64,000 nt of DNA, taken from NCBI GenBank assembly GCA_964497435.1, contig CAZCCD010000001.1, positions 87,009 through 151,008 on the forward strand, read 5' to 3'. The notes under the pieces are model-generated. The model saw only the letters and a list, made by a program, of their open reading frames with translations. It had not been told where the DNA came from and ran no database searches. The position numbers were made by a program, and so were the translations under genes. The stretch is from Candidatus Woesearchaeota archaeon (GTDB lineage Archaea; Nanobdellota; Nanobdellia; Pacearchaeales; GW2011-AR1). Below are positions 40,351-48,780 of this stretch, one piece after another (positions within the stretch are counted from its first letter, which is position 1; every line of letters begins with the position of its first letter).

Positions 40351-43300
40351 TTAACAATTCTGCCACATATTATTTCTGACTTGAGTGACGTCATTAAAAT
40401 TTATTTGTCCATTTGAATCAATATCCAGCTTTGAATTAACAGAACTTGGATTTCCTTGATTGAAAACAGCTAATGCTAAATCTAATATGTTTACTTTATT
40501 GTCAGAATTAACATCTGCTCCATTGCATCCTGGAGGTTGAGTTGTTGATAACTGATCTAAAGCCTCGCCAATTTGAATTCTCCAGTTTTTGTAAGCATTA
40601 GGATCTTTGTTGAAATTTGTAACATTATTTCTGTCGACAATTGGAACTGATAAAAGAGGATTGTTTGAATCTCTAGCTTCAAGCAAATACAAACTTTCCA
40701 AATCCTCAATACCATCTCTAAAACTTTCATATCTTAAAGAACTATAAACATCTCTATTTACTCCTGGATAAACTAACAAACCATCTAAAGATCTTGAAGG
40801 GTTTGCAGAATTAACATTCCAATTAACTCTTAACTCATTACTTGGAATTGAATAATAATTTGAAAAACTCCATGTTGAAAAAATCTGCCAGTATTCAAAT
40901 CCTTGAATGTTATATCTATAAGATAAAGGTCCCATGATTCTCGCATTTATTAATTCCATGTCAACAAATAAATTTGGTGGAGAATCTGGCCAAATATTCA
41001 CGTTCCACCAAAAATCCTGAAATTGAGATGGATAAGTTGTCCTGTAAAAATCAGAGTTAGTTACTTGATACCATCCGAGATTTATATCGATTGCATCAAA
41101 AAATCCTCTCAAGGTTTCTAAGATTGCGTTGTTGTTTTGGTTTGTGTTTTGCATAAAAGGAATATCATTTGCAACATTATTTTTTATAAAAGTGTAAGTT
41201 TGTTTTGCATGATCAACTTGTGTGCCCCATGGTTCATCAAGACCATAAACATAACTTATATTTAGTAAATTGTCTCCTCTGAAATTCAAGTAATTTCTAT
41301 AATCAGTTAAATAAGTCCTCAACTGATTTTCTCTTGTTGTTATTACACTTGGGTTTGAATCTTCATAAATGTCTCCTGTGTAAGCTGTGAAGAAATGATT
41401 CGCACCTTTATTTAACATATAATCAATTAAAATTCCTGTCCTTGTAGAATTGAAAACCCCTGAATCATGAGTTGGGTATCCATAGCCGCTTGAACTTCCG
41501 TAACTCCAAAAGCTTGAGGCCATTCCCCAGACAGGTGGTAATCTATTTTTAAATCCTAACTCAGAGACTTTCATCATCTGATTCCATCTGTCATTTGTAG
41601 TCAGGCCAGACCACATTGCATTGAGAGTTCCCCATTGAAAAAAAGATGTTGTCTTGAATTTTCCTTTTTGAGGTATTTCAAAATTCCAGATTTTCACATT
41701 TATCGTTGCTGTGTCTTTAACAACACCATTCTCTTTAATTGTAATTGTTCCTGTGTAATTTCCTGCTTTAGTTGTATTTAAAGAATAAACAGTAATTAAA
41801 TAAGGCTGTAAAACATTGTTTGTTAAATTCAAAACCTGATTTGGAAGAAGCGGATCTGGCTGCCATCCTGCTCTTCCTCTGCTTGATTGAATTAAATTAA
41901 CATAGCCAACAGGATTTATTTCAATATCAGAAAAAGGAATTGTTTCAATGCCATCGATTTTCTGTAAATTTGAAACAGAAACCTCGACATTCTGTAAATT
42001 TGCACTCGGGAAAATAACAAGCTGTGTTGCCTCGTAATCATTTTTTGCCATGTAAACCTGTGTGTTTTTTGTCATTGTTCCATTAAAGTCATTTGGAGCT
42101 TCAAAGTAAACTTTGTCTAGAGAATCTGTAAAACCAATTGTGAAGTTTGGAGACGAAGACGCTGAAACATATTCATAAGCTCCGATGTCTGGGGCAGAAC
42201 CATACCATAATTTACAACCTGTTTGTGTCGGATCTATTGATGCTGAAACATTACAATGATATCCTGGGACAATTGTTCCGTTGTCGATGGCTGGAGAGCC
42301 TGCTTGAAGTCTAAAATTATTATTAACCGCGTCAACAAATAATGGATTTGCTTGAACATCATTGTCACCATAAAGGGTATTTGCTCTCCATTCAGTTATG
42401 TTCCAAAGGTTGTATGTCCCGCCTATTTTCCATTGGATTACTTTATCATTGGCAGAATTATAATAGAGGTTATAGTTTTCCGCGAAATCATAAAGCTGAG
42501 TGGAGACATCATTAACTGGCGAGAATAATTGATAATTAGAATTCATACCGATGTTATTTAAAAAACTCAAATTCCCCATTAACCCATTTCCATTATAAAA
42601 ATAAAGAGAGTACCCCCTATCACATCCATAAACAACATTATTGAAAAATTTAGCACCATAAAGATTTATATCTTTTCCAGTGTCGCTAGAAGGAAGCATT
42701 CCGGAATCACCGCAACCATAGATAACATTTTCATAAATATCTGAAGAACCGAGAGCATATCCACCTATTCCCCAATCTGAATTGTAAATAATGTTTCTTC
42801 TGAAGACATTGTTTCTAATTGGTCCTATTCCAGTATCATCACCCTTCATTCTTATTCCCCATCCATTATCATGAATAATATTTTCTTCTACTATTGAATC
42901 TTTGGCGCTATATGCCCCAACCCCGTATGTATTAAATGTAGCTCTAGGAGAATTTGGTCCTGCAAAATCGTCATCTTCCCAATTTCTGTAGATTTCACAG
43001 CCTTTAACAGTTATGTTGTATGAATTCCCACCATAAGCCATCATAACCCCCCCATTATTATTTTGCCCATAAACAACAGTGTCATGAATAGAACAATTCT
43101 TTATAGTTATCATGAAACTTCCAGTTGTCCACACACCCCTATACCCTCCACTGATTTCTACTCCATCAATAATTATCCATTGTTTTGAAGCCAAATATAC
43201 TGCGGCTCTAAGATTAGATAAAGAAGAATTTCCAAGAAAAATAGGTCTTGCATAATTTGGATGTGCTTTGTAAGTAATATAGTTTCCTGGTGTTCCAGAG

Positions 43301-43611
43301 TTCATATTTGGAGAACATAAAACACCACAACGAATAGGATATCCTAATGCATTCATTCCATCTGTAGTGTCTGTATAATAGGGTTGTCCAGGATTCTCCT
43401 CATAATAAGTTCCACCCATAATAAGAACAGTGTCTCCTGCAACCATTGTTGTTGAGGCCTTGTATATGGTTCTCCAAGGAACACTCTCAGTTAATCCATT
43501 ATTAGAATCATCCCCGCTGTTGGAAACATAATAAGTTGCAGCAGAAACAGAATTTAGATTTACGAATAAAAATAACGATGCAACAATTATCATCAAACTC
43601 TTTTTTAACAT
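40351..43611 (-). CDS. Secreted beta-helix + GH123/DUF4091-like glycoside hydrolase + dockerin
   Basis: YYVSNSGDDSNNG..PWRT start; APDIGAYE; AKNDYEATQ...WQPDPL; LDEP; SLRYESFRDGIED; DVNSDNKVNILD and DIDSNGQINFND. Confidence 0.8.
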   Translation of the reverse strand: MLKKSLMIIVASLFLFVNLNSVSAATYYVSNSGDDSNNGLTESVPWRTIYKASTTMVAGDTVLIMGGTYYEENPGQPYYTDTTDGMNALGYPIRCGVLCSPNMNSGTPGNYITYKAHPNYARPIFLGNSSLSNLRAAVYLASKQWIIIDGVEISGGYRGVWTTGSFMITIKNCSIHDTVVYGQNNNGGVMMAYGGNSYNITVKGCEIYRNWEDDDFAGPNSPRATFNTYGVGAYSAKDSIVEENIIHDNGWGIRMKGDDTGIGPIRNNVFRRNIIYNSDWGIGGYALGSSDIYENVIYGCGDSGMLPSSDTGKDINLYGAKFFNNVVYGCDRGYSLYFYNGNGLMGNLSFLNNIGMNSNYQLFSPVNDVSTQLYDFAENYNLYYNSANDKVIQWKIGGTYNLWNITEWRANTLYGDNDVQANPLFVDAVNNNFRLQAGSPAIDNGTIVPGYHCNVSASIDPTQTGCKLWYGSAPDIGAYEYVSASSSPNFTIGFTDSLDKVYFEAPNDFNGTMTKNTQVYMAKNDYEATQLVIFPSANLQNVEVSVSNLQKIDGIETIPFSDIEINPVGYVNLIQSSRGRAGWQPDPLLPNQVLNLTNNVLQPYLITVYSLNTTKAGNYTGTITIKENGVVKDTATINVKIWNFEIPQKGKFKTTSFFQWGTLNAMWSGLTTNDRWNQMMKVSELGFKNRLPPVWGMASSFWSYGSSSGYGYPTHDSGVFNSTRTGILIDYMLNKGANHFFTAYTGDIYEDSNPSVITTRENQLRTYLTDYRNYLNFRGDNLLNISYVYGLDEPWGTQVDHAKQTYTFIKNNVANDIPFMQNTNQNNNAILETLRGFFDAIDINLGWYQVTNSDFYRTTYPSQFQDFWWNVNIWPDSPPNLFVDMELINARIMGPLSYRYNIQGFEYWQIFSTWSFSNYYSIPSNELRVNWNVNSANPSRSLDGLLVYPGVNRDVYSSLRYESFRDGIEDLESLYLLEARDSNNPLLSVPIVDRNNVTNFNKDPNAYKNWRIQIGEALDQLSTTQPPGCNGADVNSDNKVNILDLALAVFNQGNPSSVNSKLDIDSNGQINFNDVTQVRNNMWQNC

Positions 43612-44765
43612 GTTTGTCCTATATTTGAAATTACATTGTTTACATCATCAAAGTTAATAAAGCCGCTACTATCAATATCTAAATGCCCTCTTCCTGTTAA
43701 TGGTTGTCCTTGATTATAAATTACTAAAGCTAGATCAATTATATTAACAATTAAATCGTCATTCACATCTGTTTGCGCACATGTTATTGAACTTAAAGGC
43801 TCTATACATCCAATATAATCTGTAGCGACGACAAAATCATCAAAGTAAACTATGTTTTCTGTTGGGTAAGAAGCAGGTATTCCATTAAACCACCATTCAA
43901 GGTCAACCCTATTTAGTTTTAAACTGGAAATAGTTCTCCAGTTGTATCCTGGCCAAGAAATTATTGGCTGCCCTCCCCATCCAACCCATCCCCCAAATGT
44001 AAAGAATTTTTCTCTTATCCAGCTTCCATTAACAGAGTTGGTTGAATAATTTCCAACTAACTGATTATTAACCCAAAAAACCTGCTCTCCGTCATATTGA
44101 TTTGGAGTGTTTGCTTTTAATCTAGCTTCTATACAATACCACCTGTCTTTTTGTATTATTTCTGTTTGGTAGGGAGTAAATATATTTCCATAAAAACTTG
44201 TTCCAGAACCATCAATATTTTGCCATGAATGCATTTCCTGCCAGTATGTATAAAACATCCAATATCTTGTTCCAGGAGGGTAATCTGAATCCAAACCGCC
44301 ATAATCAACAGGCTCTAAACTGCTCCAGAATGCCTGATTACCTGCGGGCCTTGAGCCAGCACTTCCATCATTAGCAGCTATACCCCCCATATGTGCCGGC
44401 CATCCTGTATCATTCTTAAATCTAATATAATATCTAACATAAACATCATCTTGACCAGAAATATATCTATGAATTGTCCCTCCTTCATTCGCCCCCTTAG
44501 TCGCGGTATCTTTAAGAGAATAATTTCCATGATTTACAACTGAAGAATTCGATTCATAAGAAAAACAGCCAGAGCACTCTCTATACTGCCATCCATGATT
44601 TGTTAAAACAGGATCAGCATGTTCAAAATTATCATGAAATAAAACTCTCGGATCATTTCCAATTCCAATGTCTCCAGGATACAATGAAGAAATTCCTGCT
44701 GAAACATTTTGAGATAAACTTACAACTAACATCAAAGCAAAAATCAACAATAAACCTCTTTTCAT
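43605..44765 (-). CDS. Secreted jelly-roll polysaccharide lyase-like protein + dockerin
   Basis: FHDNFE, VYVRYYIRF, WYCIEARLKANTP..DG...W, YFDDFVVA; dockerin DVNDDLIVNIID. Confidence 0.68.
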   Translation of the reverse strand: MKRGLLLIFALMLVVSLSQNVSAGISSLYPGDIGIGNDPRVLFHDNFEHADPVLTNHGWQYRECSGCFSYESNSSVVNHGNYSLKDTATKGANEGGTIHRYISGQDDVYVRYYIRFKNDTGWPAHMGGIAANDGSAGSRPAGNQAFWSSLEPVDYGGLDSDYPPGTRYWMFYTYWQEMHSWQNIDGSGTSFYGNIFTPYQTEIIQKDRWYCIEARLKANTPNQYDGEQVFWVNNQLVGNYSTNSVNGSWIREKFFTFGGWVGWGGQPIISWPGYNWRTISSLKLNRVDLEWWFNGIPASYPTENIVYFDDFVVATDYIGCIEPLSSITCAQTDVNDDLIVNIIDLALVIYNQGQPLTGRGHLDIDSSGFINFDDVNNVISNIGQTC

Positions 44766-44812
44766 TTTATTTTTTAATTACTAATACCAAGCTCCCCCTT
44801 ATAAGTATTTCT
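44757..44812 (-). repeat. Second copy of the 56-bp promoter/5' module
   Basis: 54/56 identity to 1599-1654. Confidence 0.9.
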
Positions 44813-44845
44813 GTAAGTTTTATTCTTTCTCATATTAACACCTTT

Positions 44846-45385
44846 TTATCCTAATAATTTTTTCATCTCAAATACAAATGTTTTCGCTCTATCTAATGAA
44901 GTCATGGCTTTTGACTTTTTAATTTGTTCGTCCATTTGATACTGAAATTTTGAACGTTTCTCTCTTTCATAATCAAATGATTGTAAAAGCGAATCTGCTT
45001 TCGAAGAGATTAGCTCCATGGCATCATCTTTTATATTCTCATACTCTTCGATTAACCCTTTTTTTAATTTGTCTCTTACAAAGACTATCAAAGCGTCACT
45101 AGTTATTTTATGGCTTATCTTATCTCCTACTTTATATCCAATTTTAAGCAACACTGCGTTGGCAATGTAGTACATAGCATAGTAAGATGAAACAATTATC
45201 CATAAATAGGGTTTATAAGTATCTGTTTCAAGAGTTAGGAGTTTTTGTGTTGTTTCTAATGAATTGTTGCTGTTCTCTACGTACATTTGTCTTGCTGTTT
45301 CGTTTTTTTGCTTCTTTAATAGACTCTCTTCTAAATATCTTTTTACATTTGATTCAGCTTCCTTAATTCTTTCTTTGCTAAGCAT
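44846..45385 (-). CDS. HEPN domain protein
   Basis: WIIVSSYYAMYY.ANA.L...H; EREKRSKFQY. Confidence 0.85.
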   Translation of the reverse strand: MLSKERIKEAESNVKRYLEESLLKKQKNETARQMYVENSNNSLETTQKLLTLETDTYKPYLWIIVSSYYAMYYIANAVLLKIGYKVGDKISHKITSDALIVFVRDKLKKGLIEEYENIKDDAMELISSKADSLLQSFDYEREKRSKFQYQMDEQIKKSKAMTSLDRAKTFVFEMKKLLG

Positions 45386-45953
45386 TTTTTAACCTATAAT
45401 AATGTTCTATTCCATATAAGATTATATTATTATCTATTGCTTCTTGAACAACATTGGTTTTTTTAGAATCTTTCATCCTAATAAATTCCTCTTCACTAAA
45501 CACTAAAACATGAGTCTTAATAGGCAGTAATGAAAGGAGATTAGATATTTTTTCTTCGAAATTCTTTTCATTCGAGATAAACATTATATCTATATCTGAG
45601 GATTTAGTTGACTTTTTTTTTGCATATGAACCAAATATCAAGAAAATAAAAGAATTAACCTTTATCTCAGACATTATTTCCTTGTACAATTGTTTAATAT
45701 CTTTATTCTTAAGCAAGGTTTCCTTTCTCTCATTTTCTGCTTTGTATATCTCAATACCATAATAAGAACCATTTAACTCACATAGTGTGCTTTTTCCAAC
45801 ATTTTTTGATAAAAGAATCCTTTTACTTAACAGCTTCTGTGTGGCTATGTATGTTATCTTATAATCTGCTTTAATTTTTTTTGAAATTTCTCTAATGGTT
45901 TTAGGTTCTTTCTCTTCTATAAATAAGATTATTATTTTATTTTCTGTTTTCAT
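45378..45953 (-). CDS. wHTH + MNT nucleotidyltransferase
   Basis: TIREISKKI HTH; IFGSYAK...SDIDI; overlaps the HEPN gene. Confidence 0.88.
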   Translation of the reverse strand: MKTENKIIILFIEEKEPKTIREISKKIKADYKITYIATQKLLSKRILLSKNVGKSTLCELNGSYYGIEIYKAENERKETLLKNKDIKQLYKEIMSEIKVNSFIFLIFGSYAKKKSTKSSDIDIMFISNEKNFEEKISNLLSLLPIKTHVLVFSEEEFIRMKDSKKTNVVQEAIDNNIILYGIEHYYRLKNA

Positions 45954-45982
45954 TATGTATATATATACATAATATTATGTAT
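45952..45982. promoter_or_regulatory. Overlapping perfect palindromes, putative autoregulatory operator
   Basis: attatgtatatatatacataat (22 bp) and atacataatattatgtat (18 bp), between the TTTAAA box and the start codon. Confidence 0.55.
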
Positions 45983-46010
45983 TTAAACTTTTCTAACAAC
46001 TCTCAGTATC

Positions 46011-47819
46011 TTAACAACTCATTCCAAGCCTATTTCTAACCTCACTAACATCTTGATAATTTATAACAGAGTCTTGACTATTAACATTTAAATGATCTCT
46101 ACCAGTTAATGATTGTCCTTGATTATAAATAACCAATGCTAAATCAATAATATTTATGATTAAATCGTCGTTGACGTCGGCTTGTTGACATGTCACAATT
46201 GGAATTCCTGGATTATACTCATAAGCTCCCATGTCAGGAGCACTTCCATACCATAATTTACAACCAACTTGATTTGGATCTATCGATGCTGAAACATTGC
46301 AGTGATATCCTGGAACTTTAACACCGCCATCGATGGCTGGAGAAGTTAAAGGATTTGGCCTTAAGAAATCTGGAGAAGAGGGGTTTGTTGAGAGGAATTG
46401 GGGATTGAGTTGTTTTGAATTAATTTCTAAGTCTGGCCTAATTGTCCTCAATGTGTTTAGGTCGTAATTAGAAGTACCGTACTGAATCACGCCGGTTTCG
46501 AAATCATCATAATAAATATTATAACCTGATTTTAAGTCGAGAATATCATTTGGGCTCTCTAACAATAAATTTTCCCCTCCTGAAAGACCATAATTGATTA
46601 TCATGTTATTGTATAGGGTAGAATTCAAATTTTGATTACCAGGCCCGCTATTAAAATCAATACCAGTCTCGCTGGGCGTATTTGCTAAAATATTATTAAA
46701 AACCCTAACATTTCTTAGATGAGAATCGCATCTGTCCTCCATATCCCTTAATTGGATATCGGGGCCGTAATATTTCCAACCATTAGGAAAATTACCTGAT
46801 GAATTGTATATTACATTCTCATATACATCATTGTCTCCAGTATATCTAGGAGGAGGACCATAATCTCCCCAACCATCATACAATACAGGACACCAGATAG
46901 CTATATCTACTCCATTCCGAGTGAATTTGTTTCTTCTAATAATGCTATTAGATACCATCTGCTTGAAGAAAATCGCAAAAGTACCAACATCATGAATATA
47001 GTTGTCTTCAATTGTCACATTCTTGGTTCTGTAAATATTTATTCCAGCACAGTTTGCGGCAAGACAAACACCTCCCCCATCAGTTTCCATTATTGGTCCG
47101 TATATTTCGTTTCCCCTAATCACTATGTTATTGGAAGGGTTGTAGTAGATGCCAATGTGGGCGCAGTTCTCCCCTCCCGTACCAAGATTGTCGTGAATGA
47201 CACTATCTTGGACAGTAACCCAATCTGCGAAGAAGAAAACTCCGCCACAAGCTGATTTTGTAAATTCCATGTGATCGACGGTCTGATAAGAAGAAAGGCA
47301 GGCAGCCTGATGCCAATAATCATTATCATATCCCGCTAGCCTTGCATAAGTCGGACCAGTGTGATAACCCATAACTATTGTTCTTGGATAATCTGGATGG
47401 CCTTTAAATATTGTGGGGATTCCCAGAGTTCCAGAATTCTCAGGATGTAATGTGGCGCCACCACCCCAATTACAAGGTTTAGTAGGGACTTCATTATAAG
47501 TTCCTCCTAAAAAAATCACAACATTTCCCGACGCTGCCGTGTTAGCCTTTGCCATTGTGCACCAAGGCTGTGAAAAGGTTCCAGCCCCAGCATCACTACA
47601 ACTCGGGTTTACCTTATTCACATATCTAAATTGTCCACTCGGACATTGACTATAATAATCTCCCCTAAACCAGACACCATTTGCTCCATTATTTGTGTCG
47701 CAGCAATATCCTGTTCCATCAGGATAAGTTTGGTTTCCGCAACTTATGACTGCAGAAATATTTTGAGATAAATTTACAACTAACATCAAAGCAAAAATCA
47801 ACAATAAACCTCTTTTCAT
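46011..47819 (-). CDS. Secreted right-handed beta-helix protein + dockerin
   Basis: Signal peptide nearly identical to 43605-44765; PbH1-like repeats; C-terminus nearly identical to 1646-3718. Confidence 0.8.
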   Translation of the reverse strand: MKRGLLLIFALMLVVNLSQNISAVISCGNQTYPDGTGYCCDTNNGANGVWFRGDYYSQCPSGQFRYVNKVNPSCSDAGAGTFSQPWCTMAKANTAASGNVVIFLGGTYNEVPTKPCNWGGGATLHPENSGTLGIPTIFKGHPDYPRTIVMGYHTGPTYARLAGYDNDYWHQAACLSSYQTVDHMEFTKSACGGVFFFADWVTVQDSVIHDNLGTGGENCAHIGIYYNPSNNIVIRGNEIYGPIMETDGGGVCLAANCAGINIYRTKNVTIEDNYIHDVGTFAIFFKQMVSNSIIRRNKFTRNGVDIAIWCPVLYDGWGDYGPPPRYTGDNDVYENVIYNSSGNFPNGWKYYGPDIQLRDMEDRCDSHLRNVRVFNNILANTPSETGIDFNSGPGNQNLNSTLYNNMIINYGLSGGENLLLESPNDILDLKSGYNIYYDDFETGVIQYGTSNYDLNTLRTIRPDLEINSKQLNPQFLSTNPSSPDFLRPNPLTSPAIDGGVKVPGYHCNVSASIDPNQVGCKLWYGSAPDMGAYEYNPGIPIVTCQQADVNDDLIINIIDLALVIYNQGQSLTGRDHLNVNSQDSVINYQDVSEVRNRLGMSC

Positions 47820-47865
47820 AAGTTAATATATTTAACATACTTTTTAATCTTTATTCTAATAGAGT

Positions 47866-48321
47866 TTAAGAAGAATTAAGAACATCAAACATAGACATTA
47901 TCTTTAGTTGTCTTCTGTGTAAGGGTCTTCTATCAACAACAACGTAAATTCTACCTTTAGTTACATCTACATCACACCATCTTAATGTATTAAGAGCATC
48001 TTCCAAAGATTTCCCAGTTGTAACAACGTCATCAACTAAAAGAAACGCCCCCTTTGGAATTTGGCCTTTAATCTCGCCATCTTTTATTATAGAACATAAA
48101 GTGTGATTTACTCTAGAAGCTTCTCTGGCAATCAATGCTCCTCCTGTTGGAATTCCAAGGTAGTGGGGAGAATGAGGGATGTAATTAAGTATCTCTCTAA
48201 GCCAAGCATCGTCCATCAACATGGAATTAATATCATAAAGTGTATCTGATTTATCTCCACTATGAAGAGTAAATGGTTCTCCTGGTTTTGCCCTTTGAAT
48301 GTATTTTTCAGGGAAGTTCAT
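47866..48321 (-). CDS. Orotate phosphoribosyltransferase-like type I PRTase
   Basis: FTLHSG..S..YD; LVDDVVTTGKS PRPP loop; VVDRR. Confidence 0.75.
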   Translation of the reverse strand: MNFPEKYIQRAKPGEPFTLHSGDKSDTLYDINSMLMDDAWLREILNYIPHSPHYLGIPTGGALIAREASRVNHTLCSIIKDGEIKGQIPKGAFLLVDDVVTTGKSLEDALNTLRWCDVDVTKGRIYVVVDRRPLHRRQLKIMSMFDVLNSS

Positions 48322-48372
48322 AATAAAACAAATAAAAAACCTTATATAAATTTAATTGAGAAGAGTTATTAT

Positions 48373-48720
48373 TTATCTTTCAATTTCAATCCCTAATCTT
48401 GTCAATAAGCTATCTATATGTGGTTTTTTCCCTGATATTTCTTCTCTTTTTATGACTATTGGATTTCCTAAACCCCAATAACTTATCTCTCCTGCAGAAT
48501 CAGCATAACAATCTTGATCTGTGTCTTTGTAGAATGTAGACTTTTTAATGCCTGTTATGACTAAAACATCAGAATTCCCTTCTTGGTATAATTTAAATTT
48601 ACCATATATATCTCTAAGATCTATGGGACACGATATTGTTTGTACAGGAGCAGATACTAAACTAGCAAGTAAAACAGCACTAAGCCCTTTATTTTTTGGA
48701 ATTAAATTCTTGATTTTCAT
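48373..48720 (-). CDS. Small exported hypothetical protein (paralog of 53350-53709)
   Basis: Hydrophobic N-terminus; FYKDTDQDCYADSAGE...EI...KP. Confidence 0.55.
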   Translation of the reverse strand: MKIKNLIPKNKGLSAVLLASLVSAPVQTISCPIDLRDIYGKFKLYQEGNSDVLVITGIKKSTFYKDTDQDCYADSAGEISYWGLGNPIVIKREEISGKKPHIDSLLTRLGIEIER

Positions 48721-48780
48721 ATTAAAATATATTGTTTTATCTTTATATATTTTTTGGTAGTTATTACTATAAAGAAATAA

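Noticed and set aside
1646..47819. Diversity-generating retroelement TR/VR pair among the similar C-termini
   Set aside because: No reverse transcriptase in the window, all copies are coding, and the differences do not appear adenine-specific.
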